Part shown: in pieces, positions 12,001 to 24,000 of the stretch
Position numbering within the stretch: the first letter of the stretch is position 1
Layout: every line of letters starts with the position of its first letter
Source: Candidatus Omnitrophota bacterium
GTDB lineage: Bacteria; Omnitrophota; Gorgyraeia; Zapsychrales; JANLHA01
NCBI GenBank assembly: GCA_963662715.1
Contig: OY759724.1
Coordinates: forward strand, 1,140,001-1,172,000
DNA length: 32,000 bases
Direction of reading: 5' to 3'
Notes under the pieces: generated by a model
Databases searched by the model: none
Told to the model about the DNA's origin: nothing
Seen by the model: the letters and a program-made list of their open reading frames with translations, nothing else
Position numbers and translations under genes: made by a program

Positions 12001-15000
12001 GAGGATAGAGGTTGGTCCGTAAGATAAGCGAAAGAATACTCACAAACCCTTCCTGCAATAACAGGCCGGGATAATTGGAAGAAACAAAGCTCGGACTGTT
12101 CCGGTAACGAACCCAGGCCTGGTTAACAAACAGCGCTTTTTGTTCAGGGAAGAACGTGAACATATCCGGGGATTGGTCGACCACAGCTATTGTCAGACTG
12201 TCGTCTTCCCCGGAGAATGCTTCACGAATGATGGCGGCATCCTGCTTCTTCAGGGCATTCTTCATTCTTTGCGCAAACATCGCAGCCAAATCTTCTTCGT
12301 CCGGAGACGTTCCCGCCAGCATTCTTTTATCAAAACGTATATTCATAAATCCGTCCTCGATGCGGACAACCGCCGTTTTATAACTTTCCGTTTCCTGAAG
12401 ATGTCTTAAAATATGGTCCGCTCCGGAGCACCCTTCCCTCGTTATCAAATCAACAGAAGCCGCTCCGTTTTGATGCCCATCCCGCAAGGGCCATAGTCCT
12501 GCGAGAACCGGGCTGCTGGTTGTTGTTTTTTCGAAAGAAGCCGTGCTGTCCCCGTTGCCGTAAATCCAGAATGAATACTGGGCCGGAGAAACGATGTGTT
12601 CACCAATCTCTTTCAACAGGCCTTCGGGAATGCGGCCTTTGCTGTACTTCCGCGGGTCAGGCGAAGCATAATTCCGGACAAACGGATTTCTTCCTTCGAG
12701 CATGCTTAAAACAATACCTTTCCGGGTGCGAACCTCAGGGAGAGCATGATTCTCCGGAGTATCAATGACAACAATATCCCCGCCGTTACTGACAAAGACA
12801 TCCCTTAACGCTTCTATAACATGCGGTCTCCATCCGTAAGGCTGCTGTCCGGTATGTTCGATATCCGCCGGCGGGAAGAAATCGGCAATGATTCTGTTGA
12901 CCACTTTCTTAAGTGTCCGGTTGGAATATTTCTCGCTTAATAATCGGGCTTTTATCCTGAACGGCACGCACGACCTGGATTGAATGTTTTCCAAATACAG
13001 ATATGAGCTGTTCTCATATCCGAAAACTTTTGCCGATATAGAACCCAGTTCAACAGAATGTGCGCTTTCCCTGTCAAAAATCACATCTCCGGCTTTGCTC
13101 AAAAGAACTCTTACGGAATGACGCATTATGCGTTCCAAAATGACCTCGGCCTCTCCGCCTCTGCGGGTCGTCCAGGATATCTTTCGGCCGTTCAGCTCTT
13201 CCAGCAGTTCATGAACGGATACGGCCTTTTTCATCTCCTGCGACGCCCCAACCGGTGAACTCGCCGCCTCGGCCCATACCGACGTCTTTAAAGTCATCTT
13301 CTTCCCCGGGGCCAAAACGATAAGATTGGCCTCCGGAATACCTTTGGCCGCAAGTCTGAGCATATCCGTGGAAGAGGTTTGCGGTTCAATACAGATAAAA
13401 TCTTTTCGGGATGTCACATACAGAACAGTGTTTTTAAACAGCGCATCCGCTTCCAGCATCGTTCTTATACCGGCCGGATGATCTATCCGGCTTTGATAAG
13501 GAACTTGGCTTCCGATATGAAAAACATGGTCGTATTCCGAGTTCTTCCCCAGCCTTCGTCCCCGGGTAAAGTCAAACCGGTCTTTAGCTTTGATCAAACG
13601 CCCGGACGGGAAACACTTCCTGGCGTACCACAACTTCCCTGCCGGCATGGTAATCCGGACGTCTTCAAGATCGGCCCCTTCAGCCAATGCCGTGTTGAAA
13701 TAATAATGCATACTGTATCCGACAGGAATTTCGTGATCGCTTTGGTTGAAGGCAACAACCTGTGACGTCCACCGGCCATTTCTGATACTGTAAATCATCG
13801 TAAAAGTCAGGCCCTGATAAAGCTCTGGGATCAACTCATAATCACTGAACCTCACTTCTCCCGTCACAAAAACTTCCCGGCCTCTGTCCCTGTACCCCGA
13901 AGGGCCTAATTTAAACGGTAATTTTCTGACAAAACCGTGGCGGACACTCCGCTCGCTGTCTTTTGTAACAATTTTGGCATCAATCAGTGACGGCTCTAAT
14001 AAAGGAACGATCCATGTCCGGCCGCTGGAATCCCGCCAGAAGACTTCACCTTTCTGGTTCGTCTTAAAACGGTTCGCGAAAGGAAAGAGGAGCGGTGCGC
14101 CGCTGGGGTGGATCAAATTATATTCCCGGCCGGCGACTTTGACATAAAATCCGACGGGATTAAAGCCCTGGGCAAAATTAACCTTAAGCCTTGCCCCTGT
14201 CGTACTTTCCTGTAAAGATAATGTCCCGTCTTCATGATAAATGACCGGCAGCGGGCTGGAAGTGTTTCCTGTCATTTTTTCCACCGGGGAACTTCCGGCC
14301 TCAACTTCTTTCAACAGCAAGTTGAGGTAATCCCCAATATCCTTGCCTAATTCCTGCTGGTATTCAGAAGGGATCTCTGAAACACGGAAGTAATCCATAT
14401 CCAGCCAGCGGCTGTCTGAAGCATCCGGATTCCTTTCTAAATACGGGTTCGGAAGCAAATAAGCCCCTGTGATAGCGGACAACAGCGTGTCTCCGGGAAG
14501 AGCCTTTGTATCTTCAGGGGAAATCCCTAACGGAAGCTCCATATAGGCATAGCTGACCCGTTGCCGGAAGTATTCCAGGTCAAGCTGCTGGCGCAGATAT
14601 AACGACGGGATTTTTTGCTCCTTTAACGACCAGGCCGGCAGGCTCTGCCGGCTTTCCAGCGTGTCAACAACCGGCTGGTGATATCGCGCGGCATACCCTG
14701 TTCTATAGACGTCATTGTAAGGCAAAGCGTTCTGATAAATTAACGGAGAAACAAATCCGCCATGCAAGCTCAGGAAATGGACACCCGGCAGTCTGCGGGA
14801 CAATCCCTGGATAACAAGCTCTTCTTCCGGAGCGATCGGGGCCACGGCCCGCAACGAAGACAGGAGATTTCTCCATGCCGGAACCCTCTTCACGAGGTCC
14901 TCAAGCAAATGATCCAAATACGCATTAACAACCAGACGCGCCCCGTTTGTGCTGCCAAGGAATCCTTTCTCATGCTTACGGAGAACTTCATCCCCATGAT

Positions 15001-18000
15001 CCTCTATCCTCTTAAGGACCTTTATGAGTAAAGATCTAAAAGCTGTTTCTTCCTCTTTTAACACATGCGATACAGCTTCATCCGTCGTGTCTTCCCGGCT
15101 CAAAGCTTTAAGGAACCCGGTTAAAGCGAGCGCTTCTCCTAACGGGGTGTGTGTCTGCGGGAATTCCACAAAGCCAATCTGTTCCGGTATGTAATTGGTT
15201 TTTATGCCTTCGGCAATCTCCGATAACGGTTCTAACGGATGATGCTTGCCGGAAAAGACAAGGATATTAGGGGTAATATCTCCGAGCTCGGCAAGAATCT
15301 GATTCACTAAACCATCTAACAGCTCCTGTTCATTAAGCAGACTGCTTCCCGACAAGCCACCTATGCTTAATTGATCTTTCTGATCAGGTTCACTCATTGG
15401 GCTGCTTGCAGAAGAAGGCCGCACGAAAATTTCTCCCAGTTTAACAACAAGATCATTCAAGCGCACTCTCAAGTCCATCGCCTCCAGGCGTAAGGCATCC
15501 CTTTCCGTTTCCAGAGCTAATAACCAGCCCTGAATATTCTGTTTATCATCAGGCTTCAAGTTTGACGTCTGTTCCATTTGCAAGGCACGCAATTTTGCTT
15601 GCTGAATAAGATTATTATCCAATCTCTGCAGAAGGATTTCCTGGTCATCCAACAACTGTTTAACCAAAGCCGTCTTATCCGGGGAATCCATCTGCGCCGA
15701 TTTCAGATCTCTTTCTAACTGGCTAATTTCTTCGAGTCTCGCCTTTACTCTTAGAGCACGGGCACCCAAGGAATCCACCTCCTGTTTACGATATACAGCA
15801 AAGCCATTGCTTCTCATAATAGTGCGGCCATAAAGATGACCTAATGAACCCCAAATCTTTTCGTCGGTGATCGACTCGAACTCTTCAAAATAGAATTTTT
15901 GACCTCGATGTTCAAAATAAATCGGATAGTACTTCTTCAATATTTCAGACATATAATAACCTTGCGTTCTAAGCGTCCGGAAAAGTTCAAGAGGCAAGTT
16001 TTCTTTTCCGGTAAAAGCTTTCTCAAAAATCAAATCAACAGGCCGCTTGGCCACATCAGCGACTTGCCTCGAACTAAAACGATATACGTCTTGTTGCCAA
16101 TAATAGATGACTTTTCTCTGACCGGCCCAATCTGTAAAACTGATTTCATACACCCCAACCCCGTCAAAGCTGCTCTCTATTTGATGGATATGAATATCTC
16201 TGAAGCCATCTTCTTTTAAATTCATTTCTATAAATGGTTCCAGTCCTATTTGACTTTTTCCAACGCCGTCTTCGGCTTTCCCGTATTCGGAACCGTAAAT
16301 AATTCTGCGCTGCAATGGATCGGGGATATACCGCCTTCTGGAATTCTTTAAATAATCTTCCAGCATCCGGTCCAAAGCTTGCTGTCCTTCTAATTTCTGT
16401 TTCTTACCGGTTGAAAACACAAGATCTTCTGCTTTATAAGGGACTCTAAAAGGATGCATGTTCACAAAATGGACAATCTCAATGTTAGGGAATAGCTCAA
16501 AGATTCGCAAATCTAATCCTCCGGGATAAACCGCCGAACGGACATCTAACTGAAAATCTTTATAATAATGAGCTCGGGATAAGAAGGAATTCTTCGCCTG
16601 AGCAACATCCCCCTGTTTAATTAATCTTAAAATCTCTCTTTTATCTTCTTCATGGACTAATGCCTTTGTATAAAGGGCAACGTTCTTAAGAATCATCTGT
16701 TGTTCTTTTTGGCCTATTGGAGAAGAAGTCCGCAATGAGTTAGGTGTTGCGCCCCTCTTCTGTGCCGGCCGGATTTCCTGCCGTTTCGTCACCGGACTGC
16801 TCGCAGCCCCTTCTTCATGCTTGGCCAACCCGTTGCGGCAGGCATTCGCTATATAAGAATTGTTTTCTTCCGCCCCCTTGCGCAGAGCTTCAAGGGCCTG
16901 CTCGGAATACGGGATCGTCATGCCGTAAGCTAGACCACGGGCCGCCGTACTGCGTACAAATTCGTTGGAATCATAGAACAAAAGATCCGCCAGGCCGGCT
17001 TCCGCCTCACGCGAAGCAGGATAAAGCTGACTGAGAGCCCCGACAAACCATTCACGGTTTCTTAATCCCAATTCATCAAAAGCCTGATGCCCGGACGCGG
17101 AGATCAATAACCCAAGTGCTGTACCGCTGACATATTCTGCTGCCAGCATCTCCTGGACAGCCTTTAACGCAGCCCGGGTGGCCTCATAAAATTCATCGCT
17201 TCTGTAATCCTGAATTTGCAGAGCTTTCTCTAAAGCCTCTTCGACTGAAGAAGATGACGTATCATAACGGTCGTTTTTAACGGCTTCACCGAAGAAATCA
17301 AAAACAACCAGGCGGTCTTCCCGGGCATAAACCGATATACCGAAACCGTCAATTCTCGGGAAGACCGCGACTGTTTTTGCTCTTGAAGAAAGATATTCAA
17401 AAATATCCTGCGGTGTCGTATATTCCTCAAAATAGTCAGCATCTGAAGAAACGGCCGCCGAGAAGACAGTAACGTCATCTTCCGGCCGGATGAAACGGAA
17501 GACAATATCAAAATATTCCTCCTGGGTTAATCCATAAGCGTAGTGCCCCACAGGATTAATATGAATTAAACCTTTGTCTTTCATAAAAATCGACAAACAG
17601 ATGGACGTATTGGCCAGTAATGTTTTGCCAGGATGATTCGCAAATAACTCAACACGGCCCTGTGCGACCTGAACACAATCCGCGATCGTATAGGCAAGAA
17701 GTTGTGCCCGAACGTGCTTAGGAATATCGGAAACTTCCAGATTCTTATACTGAATCAACAGGTCCATCTCATTCATCGCCGGGCTGGAAACCGGAGAAGA
17801 ACTTGTCTTCTGCGAAGAGTCATCAGGGGCCTGGTTCAGGGCTTTCATGCGGTTGATATAATCAGCCACTCCTACCACAACCTGTTTGAGCGATTTCACG
17901 GGCATATGTCTGAGATGCCCCAAGCGGATGACCTTTTCTGCCGACACCTCTTTAAGCTCTTCTTCTAAGAGAATATGATAAACAAGAATTTTATCAGACC

Positions 18001-21000
18001 GCTCTAACTCAATCATCGGGAATTCCGATACCAGCTCCAGGATATGAGGATGCTGATAAAGAATAAACATAAGCCAGTTGCCCATCAAGAATGATTCCGG
18101 CTTGGGTGTTTCCGCCGCATCCCTTTTCGCCGGAGCGGGACGGGGCACCCTGGCATAGGCCCCGGCCGTCCCTCTGATCTTCTTAATGATTTCATAATAA
18201 ACTTTATTCGGCCCCGACACGCCCTTTAACCGTTCCAGGAAGGTGTTCTCTCCGAGATAAGCTTCCGCGGCCACGGCCTCTTCCAGGGCAGGGCTTGTTT
18301 TCCATGACCGGCTGTCCCGGTCATAGAGAGCAAATGTCGATTTGTCCCAGGAAGCTTTTGTTTTTAATCTTTCGCTCTTGGCCTTCATCGCTTCCAGATA
18401 AACAGTTGTCAAATTCGACACGAATGGTTCGGCGTTAAATACGGCTTCTCTCAAAGAAATTTCCTCTTCCGGTGTTGTTAACCTTTCAATTTTTCCATCC
18501 TGAACGACATACGTTTCACCAGGGATTCCCTTGGTCAAGAAAATACATTCCCGTCCCTTAGACATACGCCAGTAAATAAATTCCCCGTCATAACGCGGAA
18601 CATTCTCAACATGAGCAAAGCCTGCCTGTCTTACGGATGCCGCATACCCGTCGACAATCTCAAGAACCTCTTTCTGCCGGCGGCGGATGCTCAAATCAAA
18701 CTCACCGGCGGCCTTGACCATCTTCCGGATTGATTCCACTTCCCCTGCCATAAGCCCTTGACGCTCTGTCCGGATGGTCTGGGCCGGGATATTGATATAA
18801 ACATTCTTCACAGGACCTTGAGCCGGAAGCGTTAATTCTAAGACCTGTCCCTGCTGTGTGAAACGAGGCAACATTCCTACTCTGGAGAGGTTGAAAAGAT
18901 TCAGCTGTTCAAAGACCTTGGCTACTTGTCTCTGTGCTGATTTCACGGCATCCTGCGCCGCCTGCCCGGCGTTGACCCTCTGATCCGTATAATAAATCTC
19001 CAAAGCAATTCTCTGATAAACCTCAACTTCATTTTCCGGGGCCACCGTATCTTTAAAGGAACCGTATTGCTGCTTCGATAAGAAATAGAGCTCTAAGGTA
19101 TTTTCCCGCCAGTAAGGATAAACTTTCACGTCTTCCGGCGCGCCCTTCATGTCCTCTTTAAAGGCAAACCATCTCACAGGCGTATCAAAAATTCCAAACA
19201 CGACTTTATTGGGATAAATTCTTTCACTATGGATATCCCGCTGTTCCGTTGAAGCGACAAGCTTCTCGAATCTTCGTGTGAATAATTGGGAGGCGAAAAC
19301 ATATTCCTGCCCAGAAACCGGGGAACTGGCCTGATGATAAGAAGAATCTTTAACATTGCGCGGCGCAGGGATCTGCTGGATGGCGTGCCGGCGGAAAGTA
19401 AAGGTCTTTTCCGGAGCAGCATCCCCGAATCGCTCCCCGTAATCCGAAATAATCCGGCCGACTTTCTGCCCCAGGCTCTCGTCTTCACTGATGTTTTCAA
19501 AAAGATCAAAAAGAGGGAGTTCAAACATTCTCAATAAGTCAGAGATATTCACCCATAATGTGCTGACAAGAGCACCTTCCCGGCTTAAGATCAATTTTTC
19601 TTGCAGGACGCTCCGGGCCACATACAGCCTCCAGCCGACATAATCCTTGAATTCATTCCTTTCCTCAGATAAAACGCGCAAGACCTCTATCATATCTACC
19701 AGAGTCTGCGGGCCCTTTCTGGTATAATACACATCAAACGCTTTATCCTGCTGCGCGAAGGATTCAAAAATCAGGCTGACGGCTTCCGCCAAGGTGACCT
19801 GATCATTCGGGAGCCTTTCGGCAACACCCTTGTTCGTCAAGAACTCCATGAACAATCTCTTCATCACAAGGTTAACCCTTTCTGCCTGCTCCTGACCGGT
19901 CCGGCGGACGTTTCTCTTGCGGGCGTAACGGGCGGACAACTCCTGCCAAACAATCTCAGCCTGACGCCACAAAGCTTTTTCGATGCGGGACGCCAGCCTC
20001 GGACTCCACAACGGCATGGCCAGCCAAAGGTTGAAAAGATATTTCCATTCTGTCAGCAGGCGCTCAGCCGGGGTTTTCTTGTTCAGTTCATCGAGGAACG
20101 CGGCAGCCACTTTATCCGTTAAACATAACGTATCAAGGACCTGAGCCTGTCTCCGGGTATGAAGCTGAATCTTAAAGCCTTGGGCATTGGTCATCGTCTC
20201 CCGGTGAGCCCAGCTGTCAATGTATTCAATCTCCTGCTCTGTTTGAGACGATGTTCGGGGCAGGACCAGTCCTGGGAATAAAAGGAATATTTTTCGTACG
20301 TTTTCGGGATAAGTGTCCTTAATATAGGCGATATCACCCTCTGTCATTTGACGCAGCAGAGGATGTGTCCAGCGGTGATACTGCGCGCTGAACACCAGCG
20401 GATTTGTCTGCTGCTGCTCAAAACGTTTACGCAACGTCACCATAACCGGATGCTGCATGATACCGTTCAGGAACCCTGCCGTATTATCGCCGGTAAATAC
20501 CGAAGAATAGGCCGGCATGGTTTCCGTTTTCGACCGCAGATAATCAAATATGGACATTTCCTTTTCAAGCGTCTCTTCTCCGATATAACGTATACGCCGG
20601 GTGACGCTCGGCAGCATCGGATAATCCTTTTTCAGGGCCGCGAAATCCTCTTCCGGAAGAGCTTGTATGACAACCGTAATATTGTTCCCAAACCACGCCC
20701 TTTCCGCCGAACCTTTGCCGGTCCACTGAATGTTAAGCTCCATAAAATCTTCAAAGCGGCGGATCATATCAGGGAAAAGACCGAAACGGAACACCGCGTT
20801 GGTGACTCTTCTGCTGTCGCCTTTTGTCGAGTGGCTTAACGTTTGTACTTTTCGCCATTCGCCGCGGCCGATCAGAGTGAACAGTTCCACATCGCTCTGG
20901 GCGATTTGATCTTGAACATTGAACTCCCGGCCGAACATCAGAGGATAAATTTTAAGCCATTTCTTGAAGGTTTCCGGCTCATGCCGGGCCATATCGTAAA

Positions 21001-24000
21001 TAATCCAGTTCAACAGGATCACATCATCCATGCCCTTATAAAGACTCCGTTGCGCCTGCTCCCAAACCGACTGTCTTAATGCCAGAAGTTCCGCCGTCTC
21101 CTCCCTGAACAAGTCGTCCTGTTCGAATGCGGCGCAAATGTTCTTAACATAGTTTATGACGGCACGTCTTGATACTCCCAGCTGTTTATGAACTTCAACG
21201 ATTGAGAACGGAGCCCCGGAAGTCATCCGGTCAAAAACCTCCAGCTCCCTGCTCAGACTTTCAGGAGCGCGGTTCTGGGCAGAGCCGGTGAGAGCCAGGT
21301 AATGTTCTCTTATTTCCCGTGACAATTCTGCATCTTGCTGACACAGATAACGTAAAGCTGTCCGGATGAAATAAACCCGTTCAGCCGCGTTGGCAAAAGG
21401 CCCGTTTCCTCCCGGAAGAACGCCGTCTGACGTGTCGTGGCCGGCGGCCTTGATCGGGGAACTGGCTGTCCGGCGAAGGACAATAAACGGTGCCTGCGGA
21501 TTTCCGTCTACAATTTCGAATCCGGCTTCAGAGAGATGCCCCGTCTGGAACGGGAACGGCCCCGTAACTTCATGCAGGCTGAACCCGCCGACTTTCGTTA
21601 ACCGGGCAATCTGTCTTAACATCTCAAGTCCGTTCGGGATATTAAACATAAAAAGGTCAAACACCAGCTGGCTTATCGTAATGTCGTAAGGATATTCGAA
21701 CATGAACTGCGGCGTTTCAAGGATACTGCCCGGAATGATCGTCAACTTCGTCTGACCACCGACATACCGGGCCAATCGGACATTGGTGTCAAGGCCTTCC
21801 ACCTTAGTCAAACCTAACCGCCTCAGGGTTAATAACAGTTGTCCGGTCTGCGGCCCTATCTCAAGAATCCTTTTATCAGCGAGCGGGCCGGCAAATTGCT
21901 TCAATTTATAAATCATTTCCGTATAAGCGTAATACTTCTGCACCGGCACGCTGAACCGGGCAGCCGCGCTCTGCAGGAATGAATCCCAATCCGTTTGAAC
22001 GCTTCTGACACGGGTATCGATGGCTTCTCTGTCCAACGGGAGAAGATCCAGCTCAATCGGGGAAGAAGACAAGACATGCCTGCTGATAAAATCTTCCAGT
22101 GTCATAATCTCTAAAGGTTTCTCAGTCAGGTCATTGATGCTTTGTTCGCGGGCCGCTGTTTCTTTCAGGCCTTCCGCCTTCATATACTGCCGTTTCCGGG
22201 CAGAGAACTTCTTCAGCAGCTTCTGGTAATCCCTGTGCGAATCAAACTCAAATCTGGTCAGTCCGGTGAGCAGGGAAACCTTGTGCATATCAAATTTATG
22301 GAAGCGTACGGCAAGCTGCGGGCTTAAAATAAACAGCGGGATGTCAAGATCAAGACGAGTAGCCTGATGCAGGTCTCCCAGAGAAGGTAAATACTCGTCC
22401 TGGTCATGCGAATGCGCGAATAATACGGTCTCTGCCCCCAGACCGGAAATACTGATCCCGGTTGGGTCACCCTTGACAATCTGCCACCATCCATCACCGG
22501 AAGCGACAAACCCGAACTCGCGTTTCTGGTACCTCGGAAGGATTCCCGCCAAGCCGGCGATGATGTCTGTCCGGCAAGAAGAAACCCGGCCTTCCCGGAA
22601 AATAATATTTAAGAAAGGCTGCAGTTCCTCCGGGCTTTGGGCCACAAAAGTCTTCCGGGTAGACGGCCAAAGGTTCCTGAAGGCCTGAACAAGGTCGCTG
22701 ACCTGAACAGGGGAACTTGCCGAAGTCGGCCTTTCTTCACTTTCCGGTGCAGCGGAGCTGAATTCTTTGGAATAATACTGATGGGCCGCATGACCTTCCA
22801 CAAAGACTGAATTGCCCTGAATCAAAGTATACCCCAGCCGGTCTGCCGTCCGGTCGTAAATCTTCTGCGCCTGTTTTTCCGGGAAAGCCCCGTTCCATCT
22901 TTGAACGTGATAGCCGGAAGGCAGTAATATTAATTTCTTCACGCCCAATAACGGCGTAATTCTTTCTAGAGCATAAACCATGACCTCCGGCCAGTCTTTG
23001 AATATCCTCTTGGAACTGTCGGTCAAACTTCCTTCAAACTCGCACTGCCGAGCCGCTTCCACAACAGAGTTGCCCCTGACATAGAATCTGGCAAAAGCGA
23101 ATGCTCCCGGATAGACTTGAGATGTCTTGACGATATCCCTCCTGAACCTCCATGGGGTTTCAGGCAGAAGGACGACATAATAACTGCCTTTATCATCAAC
23201 AAAGTGTCCGGTCATGGCAGCCGCAGCAAAGACCGCCAACCTTGCGGCAAAGGGTTGGGCTATATCAACAACATGCAACGGTAAAGCTTGATCCATCGCA
23301 GTAAACTTTATGGGAAGTCGCGTTTCTGATTCTTCAGCATGTAGTAATGACAGGGCTTTCAAATGTTTGACGCCGCCGGCCGTTACAATCTCATGAACAA
23401 TAGATCTTTTAACCTCAAAGGAGAATTGTTTATAATTCCGTAAAATATGGTTGTTCAGAAAATCGGCATCTCCCAATTGACCCAACATTTGCACGCTATG
23501 AGACTGTAACAGGGCCAGATCCGAATCATTTAAGTACGGGAAATATCCGTTCCTGCCGGCAACAACCGCCCGGAGGACATCTTTGACCTCCTTCACCAGT
23601 TTTTCGGAAGTTCCGGTTAACAATTTGGGCAGCAGGCGGACCGCGCGAATACCCACAGACAAAGGTTCTGCCTTCAAGAACACTTTCACGCTGTTCATCA
23701 CGGTTGCTTCTTCAGCCACAGCAGGAATCCGGGATAAGGAAACTTGAATCATGGACTGAAGCGTAGCGTCGGTCTGCGGGTCAAGATAAACCTCGACCAG
23801 CGGACCAAATGCCGCCAAAGCATCTTCCTTCATTTCTCCCATCGCCTGCACGAGGTAAGGCCGGAGAGCCCGGGTGGAATAATCGCCTTCCGCGCCTTCT
23901 TTCAAAATATGAATGTAAGTATGAAGAGCTCTCCGGCCGCCCCGACGGACAAGGATGTCCATGATCGCCGGCCTCTTTTCAAGCCCATGCCCCTGACGGA

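Noticed and set aside
21137-21208. The HTH-like segment was considered as evidence that module X is a DNA-binding regulator.
   Set aside because: It is kept only as a low-confidence feature. The pattern is short and common, and a DNA-binding role inside a membrane-tethered giant chain is not supported by anything else in the sequence.
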